Part shown: positions 27,368 through 37,310 of the stretch, piece after piece
Layout: each line of letters opens with the position of its first letter
How positions within the stretch are numbered: position 1 is the first letter of the stretch
DNA from: an uncultured Bacilli bacterium
GTDB taxonomy: Bacteria; Bacillota_I; Bacilli_A; RF39; UBA660
Direction: 5' to 3'
Assembly: GCA_944329365.1 (NCBI GenBank)
Contig: CALVIC010000003.1
Span: 8,437-72,436 of the forward strand
Length of the DNA: 64,000 nucleotides
Translations under genes and position numbers: made by a program
The notes under the pieces: generated by a model
The model's input: the letters and a program-made list of their open reading frames with translations, nothing else
Database searches by the model: none
What the model was told of the DNA's origin: nothing

Positions 27368-27692
27368 TAAAATGACTATATTTAAGCTTTATGGTATTAT
27401 TTTCATTTTATACATTCTATTATTTTATACACGCCGGTTGATGGATTTGCGAATGTTGTTTGAATGCTTCTTACGGTTTTTAGATGATATTTTTTCGGCG
27501 GAAACACGCAATATATTTTATTGCCTTCTTCGACTTTTTTCTTGATATTCCATTTGTTTGATTAAACTTTTTACTAGATTAATAGGATTCATGTAATTAC
27601 TTTTGATCACAATAATATTAAATGGCTTATCTCGATTATTAAAATGTTTAAAATATAATGATTCGGTGGCATCTTTTCTTCAATTTTGTTTT

Positions 27693-28289
27693 TCAATGTT
27701 TATAAATGTGTTTTCTTACGTAATAAAATCCATATAACCATCTTATTACAATTCTGATTGTCCAAAGAAGAATACTACCGATATAAAGATCAAATAAAAC
27801 TGATTCTCGCTTTGAAAAATATGACGATCTTATTATATGTCTTTGTCTTCTAGTTAAAACTTTTAATAAATTTAAATCTTCAAATTTAATAACTGGGCAT
27901 CTTTTTTGAACTTCAGAACAAGTAAACAATTTACAAGTAAGATTTCTAGTTTGGCATCCTTTTGTACTTTGAAATGGGCAGAGGCGACAACAACCATTAA
28001 TATTTCCATTCCCAAGTTGCTCTTGAACTAGGCATTTATTATTTTTAAAATGGCATATGTCTTTATGACCATAGAAATCATCTATCTTTTTACAGCAAGT
28101 ATCATATATAAATTCAAGTCTTTGTTTTCTTTTTTTTATGTTTAAGGCATTAATGATATCGGTAATGTTATATTTATCTTTTTCCACAGTAAAAGTTACT
28201 TTCTTATAAAGAAATGAACGATAGATAAATAGTCTTTTATAAAATTTATTTAAATCTTTTTGATTGTTTATTTCAATATTTTTGATCAT
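27693..28289 (-). CDS. Cysteine-rich protein with a C-terminal TM helix, unknown function
   Basis: 198 aa with about 15 Cys (CC...C..C; GCCRLCPF...CQTRNLTCKLFTC) and a hydrophobic C-terminus. Confidence 0.45.
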   Translation of the reverse strand: MIKNIEINNQKDLNKFYKRLFIYRSFLYKKVTFTVEKDKYNITDIINALNIKKRKQRLEFIYDTCCKKIDDFYGHKDICHFKNNKCLVQEQLGNGNINGCCRLCPFQSTKGCQTRNLTCKLFTCSEVQKRCPVIKFEDLNLLKVLTRRQRHIIRSSYFSKRESVLFDLYIGSILLWTIRIVIRWLYGFYYVRKHIYKH

Positions 28290-28312
28290 ACATTAATCTT
28301 TTTAACTATTGT

Positions 28313-29032
28313 TTAGCGATGATTTTCATTCACAGCTTGATATCCTGTTATCGAAGCATATGCTTTTTGACAATATTCAGCACTGCATATTTCATTAAAT
28401 ATTTTAGGGGCCTTCTCATAGCAGTCTTCTACTGATTTAATGGAATTATTAGCTTTGTTATCGTCTTTATAATCACATATGCATACTATATCAGGAAGGA
28501 CAGATGATTTTTTCAGTTCTTTTTTAGTCATGCCATCGCAAACTTCGTAGGCTCTTTTATATGGCGGATTATGGGTTTTATCATCAGGAATAATTTCTGG
28601 TAATACATTAACTGGAAAATTTTCAATATTTTCTTTAACTTCGCAAAATTTTTCAAATCCTGGTTTGGGGTTATAATCACCAAACAAGCCAGAACCGCAA
28701 AAGGCAAATTCATTAATCCAAGAAATTATATAGAAAAATATAAGAGTGAGAAAAGTTAGTAAAAATTTTTTCCACAGTTTTATTCTTAAAAGAGCGAATA
28801 TTATTAAGCATATTATTAGGTAAAAAGATATTCCAACATAATTTTCTCCCTCAAAAAGGTTATAAATTAAATTTAAAAATTTTAAATCAAAACGAAAATA
28901 ACAAATTATAAATGAAATTAAAATTGAACAAATTAAGGATATGGGAATTGAAATTATTTTCTTTTTAGGAAAATACTGCATAATGATGATTAAAGCAAAA
29001 GCGAATAAATACAAAATAATAAAAATAAACAT
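28313..29032 (-). CDS. Polytopic membrane protein with a Cys-containing C-terminal domain
   Basis: 239 aa. About four N-terminal TM helices followed by a soluble Cys-rich tail. Confidence 0.45.
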   Translation of the reverse strand: MFIFIILYLFAFALIIIMQYFPKKKIISIPISLICSILISFIICYFRFDLKFLNLIYNLFEGENYVGISFYLIICLIIFALLRIKLWKKFLLTFLTLIFFYIISWINEFAFCGSGLFGDYNPKPGFEKFCEVKENIENFPVNVLPEIIPDDKTHNPPYKRAYEVCDGMTKKELKKSSVLPDIVCICDYKDDNKANNSIKSVEDCYEKAPKIFNEICSAEYCQKAYASITGYQAVNENHR

Positions 29033-29069
29033 AGTTACTCCTCCTATGTTTATTTTAGCACATTTTAGT

Positions 29070-29801
29070 TTAACTTAAAAGGTCAGGGTCATGGTTGTTT
29101 ATTATTTTTGGAAAGACGGTAAATTTTTCATTTAAATCTATGGTGGCTAGAAGAACGTCGTCTTGATTAATTCCCTTGACTTTAAGTTCATGGCTTAACC
29201 ATTTTTCATCTTTATGAACAATTTTTAAGGCTTCATGCATAATGATACCATCGATAATTAGATTAATGCATAGTCCGGCTTGATTTTTGTTTATGTTTAA
29301 ATCTTTATTAGTTGGTGTTTGGTAATCAGGTTTGGCTAGAAAACTTACTTTACCATTGGCTTCCATGACTGCATAGTCAATATCCGAGAGGTCAAAGTAA
29401 CCATTGCTTCTGGCTTCTTCTAAGAGATCGTTTATATCAAATTTATTTTTTTGAAGACTTTTATAAAGTATTTTACCGTTTTCAATTAAAAGGGTGGGCT
29501 GGCCTATGAAAAACTGTCTTATTTTAAGGTTTTTCATCGTTATAAGGTTTACGAGGTAGGCAACTATTCCAAAGAGAACAACGGCAACTATTCCATGAAG
29601 GTATTCTGATTCAAGGTTTAAGGCAAGTTCAGCGGCAAAGTTACCTATGGAGATGCCAATTACATAATCAAATAGACTAAACTGAGATACTTGTTTTTTT
29701 CCAATCATTTTAGTTACTAAAAATAAGGTTACTAAAGATACTAAGCTTCTTAAGATTACGTCTAATAATTCAATTATTTCTTTTTCCATAAGTATCACCA
29801 T
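29070..29801 (-). CDS. DUF421/YetF-family membrane protein
   Basis: MIGKKQVSQFSLFDYVIGISIGNFAAE is typical of the YetF/YrbG (DUF421) family. Confidence 0.7.
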   Translation of the reverse strand: MVILMEKEIIELLDVILRSLVSLVTLFLVTKMIGKKQVSQFSLFDYVIGISIGNFAAELALNLESEYLHGIVAVVLFGIVAYLVNLITMKNLKIRQFFIGQPTLLIENGKILYKSLQKNKFDINDLLEEARSNGYFDLSDIDYAVMEANGKVSFLAKPDYQTPTNKDLNINKNQAGLCINLIIDGIIMHEALKIVHKDEKWLSHELKVKGINQDDVLLATIDLNEKFTVFPKIINNHDPDLLS

Positions 29802-29840
29802 TTTTAGTATGAGACATAAAAAAATAATTATGCGAGATAA

Positions 29841-30911
29841 TTATTTTTTCTTTTTATGGATTTTTTCTGCTAAGGCATGGGTATCAACGACAATATCGGT
29901 TTTTAGGACAAAGGTTAAAACGATAACTGTAAGAATAGCATATAATATGTATCCTAGTTTTTGGTCGTGAAGAACGTAAACAATTGAGGCGGCTGAAAAT
30001 AGGATACTTATTCCATATATTATTAAAACGGTAGTTAGGTGAGAGAAGTTTTTATTAAGAAGTTGATGATGAAGATGGGATTTGTCTGGTTTAGATATTT
30101 TTTCACCTTTAAGTAGTCTTCTAATAATCGCAAATACTGTATCTAATATTGGAATAGCAAGGATTAAAACAGGAATAATTAGTGATGTTAGAGTAACGCT
30201 TTTGAAGCCAAGCAGGGCAATTACAGCTATCATGAACCCCATGAATAATGATCCAGAGTCTCCGGCAAAGATAGATGCCGGATGGAAGTTATGGACTAAA
30301 AAACCTAAAACTGAACCTAGCATGATAAAAGTTAAAACAAATTCAAGGCCTAGTTTGCCCATAATTATGGAAATTATACCAATGGTGGCAAAGTAGATGG
30401 CACTTATACCTGTACATAGGCCATCTAAGCCGTCGATTAGGTTAATGCAGTTTAAACAGCCTAAGATAAAGAAGATTGTTATTGGATAGGCAAAGATACC
30501 AAAATTGATATAAAAACCAAAGGCAGAAATATCCTGAATTAAAAGGCCACCATAAATTGTAACAACGCAAGCAGCGGCTAACTGGGCAATAAATTTTACT
30601 GAAGCTTTTAGGGGTTTTATATCATCTATCGCACCGATTAGGACAATGATAAAGCTGCCAATTAAAACTGAGTTCATAATACTACTTGGTTCGCCAAATA
30701 TCATGTATCCTAAAAGGAAGCCAAAGAATATAGCCAAACCACCTAGTCTTGGCATAGGTTTGCTATGAACTTTTCTTTTGTTTGGGATATCGAGGGCCCC
30801 AACGTGAATAGCTATTTTTTTGATAAATGGAACGATTAGGGCAACAAAGAAAAAGGTTGTCATAACCATTAGAAAGATTCTCGTAATTTCACTTTGCATC
30901 TTAAAACTCAC
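29841..30911 (-). CDS. Glycosyltransferase family 4 undecaprenyl-phosphate sugar-1-phosphate transferase (TagO/WecA-like)
   Basis: 356 aa, polytopic. PNKRKVHSKPMPRLGGLAIF, NLIDGLDGL and FAGDSGSLFMGF are MraY/WecA motifs. Confidence 0.8.
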   Translation of the reverse strand: MSFKMQSEITRIFLMVMTTFFFVALIVPFIKKIAIHVGALDIPNKRKVHSKPMPRLGGLAIFFGFLLGYMIFGEPSSIMNSVLIGSFIIVLIGAIDDIKPLKASVKFIAQLAAACVVTIYGGLLIQDISAFGFYINFGIFAYPITIFFILGCLNCINLIDGLDGLCTGISAIYFATIGIISIIMGKLGLEFVLTFIMLGSVLGFLVHNFHPASIFAGDSGSLFMGFMIAVIALLGFKSVTLTSLIIPVLILAIPILDTVFAIIRRLLKGEKISKPDKSHLHHQLLNKNFSHLTTVLIIYGISILFSAASIVYVLHDQKLGYILYAILTVIVLTFVLKTDIVVDTHALAEKIHKKKK

Positions 30912-30948
30912 CTCTGTTTATAATTTTAACATATTTTTTTGAATAATA

Positions 30949-31470
30949 CTAATTTTCTGGACTGTTTTTGAATTGGAATAATACTGTTACAACAGTTAAG
31001 ATGATGGAAGCAATGGTGACTAGGGCGCTACTTTGAATACTTAATAAGTCAGCGATTGTTTCAATAAAAGTAAATGAGCCAAAGAGGCTGGTAGCTAAAA
31101 TGATTATCGGTCTTTGGAAGCTCATGCCGAGGAAGCCAGCTAGAACACCAATAATGGCTCCAATTATATATGTTTGAAACTGTCCTATTTCTACACTGCC
31201 AATTTGAACTGTTCCAAAAAAGTTATAGGCAGTAAAGAAGCATAGTAGGAAAATTCCTATTTGATATATTCTGAATGAAAGTAAGCCTAATAATATGGCA
31301 ATGACAATTGATAAGACATAAACCATATTACTATCAGTTATATACATTGGTAATATTTGACTTCCAAGGTTATAACCAACAAATAGCCCTATTACGGCGA
31401 TTAAATATTTGCTTAAACGATATCCAAATAAAGCAGATATTGCAGATATTATTAAATTTATAAAGTTCAT
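30949..31470 (-). CDS. Membrane protein (about five TM helices)
   Basis: 173 aa, hydrophobic throughout. Confidence 0.5.
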   Translation of the reverse strand: MNFINLIISAISALFGYRLSKYLIAVIGLFVGYNLGSQILPMYITDSNMVYVLSIVIAILLGLLSFRIYQIGIFLLCFFTAYNFFGTVQIGSVEIGQFQTYIIGAIIGVLAGFLGMSFQRPIIILATSLFGSFTFIETIADLLSIQSSALVTIASIILTVVTVLFQFKNSPEN

Positions 31471-31482
31471 TTTTATTTCTCC

Positions 31483-32391
31483 TTATCTTTTTATATTTTT
31501 AGTTAAAACTAAGACGGCTGTGGCGTTATCTTTGCCGGGGTCTGTTTCATGAAATGGAGTCCCAGTAATATTTTCAATACGTTTTAAGGCATCGTCCGAT
31601 ATTTCTTCTTGATGATTTATGGAATCAAAAACTAATTTATAGACTATACTGCTTGGAAGTGATATGTAATTTTTGATAACTTCTTCCATGTACGAATCTG
31701 ATAAAATATCATGAACACCATCTGATGTTAATAGGAGCATGTCATATTTTTCTTTTTTGACTATTTTATATTTAGGATGAATCTCATATGGTAAACCATC
31801 TAGAGCTTCATTCATAATATTATTTCCACTAATAAATCTAATGTCATCTTTGTAAATTTTACCAGCTTTGTATAATGGCCAAAGGTATGAATCGTCATCT
31901 GTTAATTGGGTTAATTTATCTTTATAACCATAAGTTCTAGAATCACCAATATTAAAAGTTAGAATGTCGTTTTCATTTATGACGGCTCCGGTTAAGGTTG
32001 TACCCCCGGTTTTTAAGTTTTTATTTATTTCTTTGATTTTTTGATCTAAATATTTTTGATAATTATTCGTATTGTTGATTTCCTTAGCAGAGCTTTGTTT
32101 AAATGCTTTACCTATTTCGGTTATGGCAAAGTTTGAGGCTTTATCGCCATTTTCATATCCTCCCATGCCATCTGCTAGGGTGGCAAGGACAAGATTTCTA
32201 TTTTCTGGATGGGTAAAGATGCCATAGAAGTCTTCGTTATTTTTTCTTTTTAGACCAATGTCACTTTTGACAAAGGCAATATATTTTTTTCCTCGAAATA
32301 ATTTCCAACGGTCATTTATTGTCCCTTTGGTTGGGAGAATTTCGCCGGTTACTTCTCTATCGATGTAAGGATACATAGGGTACTGAAACAT
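31483..32391 (-). CDS. PP2C-family Ser/Thr protein phosphatase
   Basis: NEDFYG, LADGMGGYENGDKAS and LLTSDGVHD motifs. Confidence 0.75.
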   Translation of the reverse strand: MFQYPMYPYIDREVTGEILPTKGTINDRWKLFRGKKYIAFVKSDIGLKRKNNEDFYGIFTHPENRNLVLATLADGMGGYENGDKASNFAITEIGKAFKQSSAKEINNTNNYQKYLDQKIKEINKNLKTGGTTLTGAVINENDILTFNIGDSRTYGYKDKLTQLTDDDSYLWPLYKAGKIYKDDIRFISGNNIMNEALDGLPYEIHPKYKIVKKEKYDMLLLTSDGVHDILSDSYMEEVIKNYISLPSSIVYKLVFDSINHQEEISDDALKRIENITGTPFHETDPGKDNATAVLVLTKNIKR

Positions 32392-32433
32392 AAAACCACT
32401 CCTTTACCTTATTATAGCACAAAAAAAGAAACA

Positions 32434-33846
32434 TTAGTCTTTAAATGTTTCTGCGTTCTGATAAAACGTTTGATAACCTAAATAGGCGTTATATAGATCG
32501 AATTTACTAGTTATTTCATATGGAGAGTGCATGGAAAGAAGAGAGATTCCACAATCGACAACGTTCATTCCACGGTTAGCTAGAATATAGGAGATAGTTC
32601 CTCCGCCACCAACGCCAATTTTACCCATTTCACTGTTTTGATAGGCAATGTTTTTTTCTTCAAACATTTTTCTGACAAATCCAATGTATTCGGCATTGGC
32701 ATCAGAGGCTCCACCTTTAGAAGCACTACCGGTGTATTTAATAAGTGATAGACCACTACCTAAATATGATTCGTTATTTTTTTCATATATGTCTTGATAA
32801 TTTGGATTATAAGCGGCTGTAACATCAGCTGATAATACTAGGGTATTTTTATAAATTTCGTGAATACTTGCTTTGGTATTTGTTTTTTCGATAAGTTTTT
32901 GAATGAAGTATTCAAAGTTGTGAGATGACATTCCGGTGTTTCCCATACTGCCAACTTCTTCCTTATCTGCTAAAATACAGATAGATGTTCTGGTTAAGTT
33001 TTTCTGTTTTAATAAAGCGGTTAAGCTAGGGTAGGCACATGCTTTATCATCTTGACCATAACCGGCAACCATACTGCGATCAAAGCCGAGGCTTCTAGCT
33101 TTAAAAGCTGGTACAAATTCAATTTCACTACTGACAAAGTCTCTTTCGACAATTCCATATTTTTGATTTAGAATACTTAAGACGTTAAGTTTTACGTTGT
33201 CCTTTTCGTCTTCGGTTGTATATGGCATACTACCAACTAGGATATTGAATTTTTCAGGGTCAATAGCCTCTGATAGTTTTTTCTTTTCTTGCCAGTTTGA
33301 GAGATGTGGAAGGAGGTCAGCAATAGTGAAAATTGGATCGTTTTCGTCTTCACCAATGTTTACTTCGACTTTTTGACCATCTTTTTTGATGAAGACACCA
33401 TGCATACTTAAAGGGATGTTTAACCATTGATATTTTTTTATTCCACCATAATAATGGGTTTTAAGCATAGCAAGAGATGTATCTTCATATAAAGGGTTTG
33501 GTTTTAAGTCAAGTCTCGGACTATCGATATGAGCACCTATGATATTAAATCCTTCTTTGAAGTCTTCACTTCCTATTATAGCTGCATAGATGTTCTTGTG
33601 ATGATTAATATAGTAAACTTTATCTCCTGGTGTGAGAGTTTCTATTTCACATATATCTTGAAAACCATTTTCATCTAATTTTTGTTTGAAGTATTTAACG
33701 GCTTCTCTTTCAGTTTTGGAGTGATTTAAGAAGTCGATATAGCCTTCTGCATAGTCAAAAATCTCATCTAGATTAGGACTAGTGTACCAACCGCTTTCTG
33801 ATTTTCTAAATAGTTTTTCTTTTAAGATTTTTGTTTTTTCTTCCAT
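32434..33846 (-). CDS. M18-family aminopeptidase
   Basis: 470 aa. IGAHIDSPRLDLKPNPL and LADKEEVGS motifs. Confidence 0.75.
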   Translation of the reverse strand: MEEKTKILKEKLFRKSESGWYTSPNLDEIFDYAEGYIDFLNHSKTEREAVKYFKQKLDENGFQDICEIETLTPGDKVYYINHHKNIYAAIIGSEDFKEGFNIIGAHIDSPRLDLKPNPLYEDTSLAMLKTHYYGGIKKYQWLNIPLSMHGVFIKKDGQKVEVNIGEDENDPIFTIADLLPHLSNWQEKKKLSEAIDPEKFNILVGSMPYTTEDEKDNVKLNVLSILNQKYGIVERDFVSSEIEFVPAFKARSLGFDRSMVAGYGQDDKACAYPSLTALLKQKNLTRTSICILADKEEVGSMGNTGMSSHNFEYFIQKLIEKTNTKASIHEIYKNTLVLSADVTAAYNPNYQDIYEKNNESYLGSGLSLIKYTGSASKGGASDANAEYIGFVRKMFEEKNIAYQNSEMGKIGVGGGGTISYILANRGMNVVDCGISLLSMHSPYEITSKFDLYNAYLGYQTFYQNAETFKD

Positions 33847-33876
33847 TTTATTCTTCCTTTCTAGTTTTATTATGGT

Positions 33877-34884
33877 CTAATAATTTTTATTTAAACCACT
33901 TTCTAGTAAAGGAATATTATCTAATAAGACACCTGTTCCCTCAACAACGCATGTAAGCGGACTTTCAGCGACGAATACAGGTACTTTTAATTCATGATTT
34001 AAAAGTTCGGCAAAACCATCTAATAAAGCTCCTCCTCCAGTGATAACTATTCCTTTATCAACAATATCTGCTGATAATTCTGGAGGTGTTTGTTCTAATA
34101 CGCTTTTAGCAGTGTTTACAATGATATAAACACTTTCTCTTAGTGCTTCTTCGACTTCGTCGGAAGTCATAGTTATAGTATGAGGAAGTCCAGTTACTAA
34201 GTCACGACCACGAACTTCCATTTTTTCTTGTTTTGATCCTGGATAAACTGTACCGATTTTAAATTTAATATCTTCAGCTGTTACATCACCGATTAATAGT
34301 TTATATTTTTCTCTAATATATTTAATTATATCGTTATCAAAAGTATTTCCAGCAACTTTAATTGAAGAGGAATTTACAATTCCACCTAAAGATAATACGG
34401 CAACATCTGTTGTTCCACCACCGATATCGATAACCATATTTCCACTTGGTTTAGATATATCTAGTCCAGCTCCGATAGCAGCAACTTTCGGTTCTTCTTC
34501 AAGGTATACTTTTCTAGCTCCAGTTTTTTCAGCAGCTTCTCTGATAGCGTTTTTTTCTACTTGGGTAATGTTTGAAGGGCAACAGATTAAAATTCTAGGT
34601 CTAGCAAAGAAACTTTTACCATTTACTTTTCTAATAAAATAGTTAAGCATTATTTCGGTAGTTTCAAAATCAGCGATAACTCCATCTTTCATTGGTCTAA
34701 TTGCTTTTACTTGTCCAGGTGTTCTTCCAAGCATTTCTTTGGCCATTGTTCCAACAGCTAGCGGTCTTTTAGTATCTTCGTCAATTGCCACAACACTAGG
34801 CTCATTTAAAACAATTCCTTGTCCTTTAATATAAATAAGAACGTTAGCCGTTCCTAAATCTATTCCAATATCTTTTGAAAACAT
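33877..34884 (-). CDS. mreB: Rod-shape-determining actin homologue MreB/Mbl
   Basis: IGIDLGTANVLIY, DIGGGTTDVAVLSLGG and GIVITGGGALL motifs. Confidence 0.95.
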   Translation of the reverse strand: MFSKDIGIDLGTANVLIYIKGQGIVLNEPSVVAIDEDTKRPLAVGTMAKEMLGRTPGQVKAIRPMKDGVIADFETTEIMLNYFIRKVNGKSFFARPRILICCPSNITQVEKNAIREAAEKTGARKVYLEEEPKVAAIGAGLDISKPSGNMVIDIGGGTTDVAVLSLGGIVNSSSIKVAGNTFDNDIIKYIREKYKLLIGDVTAEDIKFKIGTVYPGSKQEKMEVRGRDLVTGLPHTITMTSDEVEEALRESVYIIVNTAKSVLEQTPPELSADIVDKGIVITGGGALLDGFAELLNHELKVPVFVAESPLTCVVEGTGVLLDNIPLLESGLNKNY

Positions 34885-35129
34885 AAAATCACCTTTTTTC
34901 CTTTTAATATTATATCATACAAAAATAGTATTTTATAGATTAAGATATGTTTTTTTATGACTTTTTTTGCACATAAAAATCGACAAATTATTAGATAAAA
35001 ATATTTTAAAATTAAAATTAATAGATTTTAAAAAAAGGTTAACGTAAAATTATTGAAAACAGGAAATGTGCAGTTGTATACGATTATAATTGTGTGTTAT
35101 AATTTAAATAAGATAGGAGTGAAATATTT

Positions 35130-36512
35130 ATGAGACAAAGATTTAATACAAGACAAAGGAATTATATAATCTTAGGTCTATGTAGTATACTTTTAGTAAT
35201 GGCCGCCGGATATGCGGCATTTAGGTCACAGCTTACAATAAATGGAACAAGTAATATAACAAGTGACTGGAAAGTATTAATAACTGATATTCAAAGTAGG
35301 AATGTAGTAGGAAGGGCAGAGAATGCCGAAGAGCCGAGTCATACAGAGACAACTGCAACATTTAAAACAAACTTGTATTTACCAGGAGATTCAATCACAT
35401 ATGATGTGACAGTAGAGAATCAAGGATCAATAGATGCAGTATTAAAAACAATTCAAAAAAGCGATAGTAATAATAATGCGATAATATTTGAGACAAGTGG
35501 GATACAAGAAGGGGAAATATTAAAAGCAAGTGAAAGTACAGTATTTAGTGTAACAGTATCATATAATGCGAGTACGACAAGTCAGCCAAGTAATATAACA
35601 AGTGATTTGGAAGTAACACTTGATTATGAACAAGCAACAGGAGAAGAAGGACCAGCAGGTAATACTGCATTAATCGGAGGAAACACAGTTTCAGTAGCTG
35701 ACAGTGGAGATGGATTATATGCAGATGAATATACATCAGGAAGATATGTATATAGAGGAAGTAATCCAGATAACTATATAGAGTTTAATGGCGAGTTATG
35801 GAGAATAATATCAAAAGAGACGAATGGAACATATAAGATACTCAGAAATGAAGTACTACCAGATCAAATGGCATTTGATAGTCAAGGAGCAAGAACAACA
35901 GGATATTGTTCAAATATGAGTTCATATGGATGTAACGCATGGAGTTCAACCGCAAATATGGTGGGGAGTCCAAGTGAATTTACAAATGGAAAATATACTG
36001 GAAGTGTCGATGCGGATAGTGAGATGCTAACATATTTAAACGGAGAATATTATAATAGTTTGAGTAGCGGAGCACAAGGATTAATAGTAAATAATACATG
36101 GAATGTAGGAGGAATATTTGGAGAAGAAAGTAATCCAAATGGAGAAATAGAATTAGCTTTAGAAGAAGAGAAATCATATAAATGGAATGGTAAAGTAGCA
36201 TTAGCAAGTGCGAGTGATTATTTAGATGCAAATAGTAATCAAAGCTTGTGCAATAGTGTAATGTTACAATCAACAAATTTAGAGACATGTGTAACTACGA
36301 ATTGGATGTATATTCCAGGGACATGGTGGTGGCTTGTTTCGCCTTATGCGTATTCTGACTATGCGAGCCATGAGTTCAATGTCAACGCTGACGGCATCCT
36401 CGGCGCCTTCAATGCACGTCTTTCCGGCAGCGTCCGTCCCGCAATATTCCTAAGCTCTAGTCTCAGTTTTAGTGGAAGTGGGACACAAAGTGATCCATAT
36501 AGAATAAATTAG
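35130..36512 (+). CDS. Secreted or cell-surface protein, unknown function (N-terminal signal anchor, Ser/Thr/Asn/Gly-rich)
   Basis: 460 aa. The N-terminal TM segment ends AAGYAAFRSQLTINGTS, resembling TasA/camelysin-type signals. The C-terminus ends SGSGTQSDPYRIN. AGGAG RBS. Confidence 0.5.
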   Translation: MRQRFNTRQRNYIILGLCSILLVMAAGYAAFRSQLTINGTSNITSDWKVLITDIQSRNVVGRAENAEEPSHTETTATFKTNLYLPGDSITYDVTVENQGSIDAVLKTIQKSDSNNNAIIFETSGIQEGEILKASESTVFSVTVSYNASTTSQPSNITSDLEVTLDYEQATGEEGPAGNTALIGGNTVSVADSGDGLYADEYTSGRYVYRGSNPDNYIEFNGELWRIISKETNGTYKILRNEVLPDQMAFDSQGARTTGYCSNMSSYGCNAWSSTANMVGSPSEFTNGKYTGSVDADSEMLTYLNGEYYNSLSSGAQGLIVNNTWNVGGIFGEESNPNGEIELALEEEKSYKWNGKVALASASDYLDANSNQSLCNSVMLQSTNLETCVTTNWMYIPGTWWWLVSPYAYSDYASHEFNVNADGILGAFNARLSGSVRPAIFLSSSLSFSGSGTQSDPYRIN

Positions 36513-36542
36513 AAGAAAAAATAATGGATTCAACACATTCGC

Positions 36543-36588
36543 AAAACTCCAAAGGAGTTTTGAAAAACTCGCGTAGGCGAGTTTTTTT
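36543..36588. terminator. Tandem hairpins forming a bidirectional terminator
   Basis: First hairpin: AAAACTCC-AAA-GGAGTTTT (36543-36561). Second hairpin: ACTCGC-GTAG-GCGAGT (36567-36582), flanked by A5 and T7 runs. It sits between convergent genes. Confidence 0.7.
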
Positions 36589-36624
36589 GGTTATTAACAA
36601 AACTTTGTTTGTGTATCATTAACA

Positions 36625-37263
36625 TTAATTGGTTGTTAATTTATCTATAGATGTTTCATAACAGTTTTCTGGATTTAAGTATGTTCCGTCTTTCATAACT
36701 TCAAATGAAACGTGATTTCCTAGGTCTTTATTGATGTTATTTTCTCCGGCTTTACCAATAACTGTTCCTTGGACTACTTGATCGTTTTCTTTAACAGTAA
36801 CTTCACTTAAGCTTTGATATACTGTTGTTATTCCATTTTTATGGGTTATGGTTACGACTTTACCTAGGAGGTTATCGTCTTTGACGCTGGTAACAGTTCC
36901 GTCTAAGGTTGCAAGTACGTCAAAGGTTTCATTAATACCACCATAGGCAACTCCATTATTTTGAAGATATGTTGTGTCATAATTTATGATGGAGTTTTCT
37001 TGGTCTTTTTCTTTACCTTTATAATCATAGAAGTTTTGAACTACTTTAATATTTTCATTATTGTATGGTCTTATCATATACTGGTTATCGTTAACTACTG
37101 GTTCTATTTGTTCGTCAAACAGTTTTGAAACATAGGTATAATCTTCTTTTTCTTTTAATTTATTTTGAGAGTAGACTCCGTAATATGCGGCAATAACGAT
37201 AATTAATAAAGTAGTACTTAGTCCAATGATGTAAACGAGATTTTTATTTAGTTTTTTTTCCAT
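36625..37263 (-). CDS. Membrane-anchored degenerate LytM/M23 domain protein (SpoIIQ-like)
   Basis: N-terminal TM helix. The M23 core is GTVTSVKDD...VTITHKNGITTVYQSL...GTVIGKAG...GNHVSFEV. The HxH motif reads HVS, so the second His is missing. The gene is adjacent to spoIID. Confidence 0.45.
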   Translation of the reverse strand: MEKKLNKNLVYIIGLSTTLLIIVIAAYYGVYSQNKLKEKEDYTYVSKLFDEQIEPVVNDNQYMIRPYNNENIKVVQNFYDYKGKEKDQENSIINYDTTYLQNNGVAYGGINETFDVLATLDGTVTSVKDDNLLGKVVTITHKNGITTVYQSLSEVTVKENDQVVQGTVIGKAGENNINKDLGNHVSFEVMKDGTYLNPENCYETSIDKLTTN

Positions 37264-37310
37264 GTTTTTTCACCTCTAATATAAGTTTTTACTAAAAAAC
37301 AAAAAATATA

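Noticed and set aside
27336-27545. 69-aa plus-strand ORF upstream of typA
   Set aside because: It overlaps the typA promoter and RBS on the opposite strand, has no RBS of its own, and its translation is hydrophobic junk.
35545-36288. Minus-strand ORFs 35545-35736 and 35980-36288 inside the surface-protein gene
   Set aside because: They arise from the strong purine bias of the sense strand. Their translations are Leu/His/Tyr repeats with no start context.
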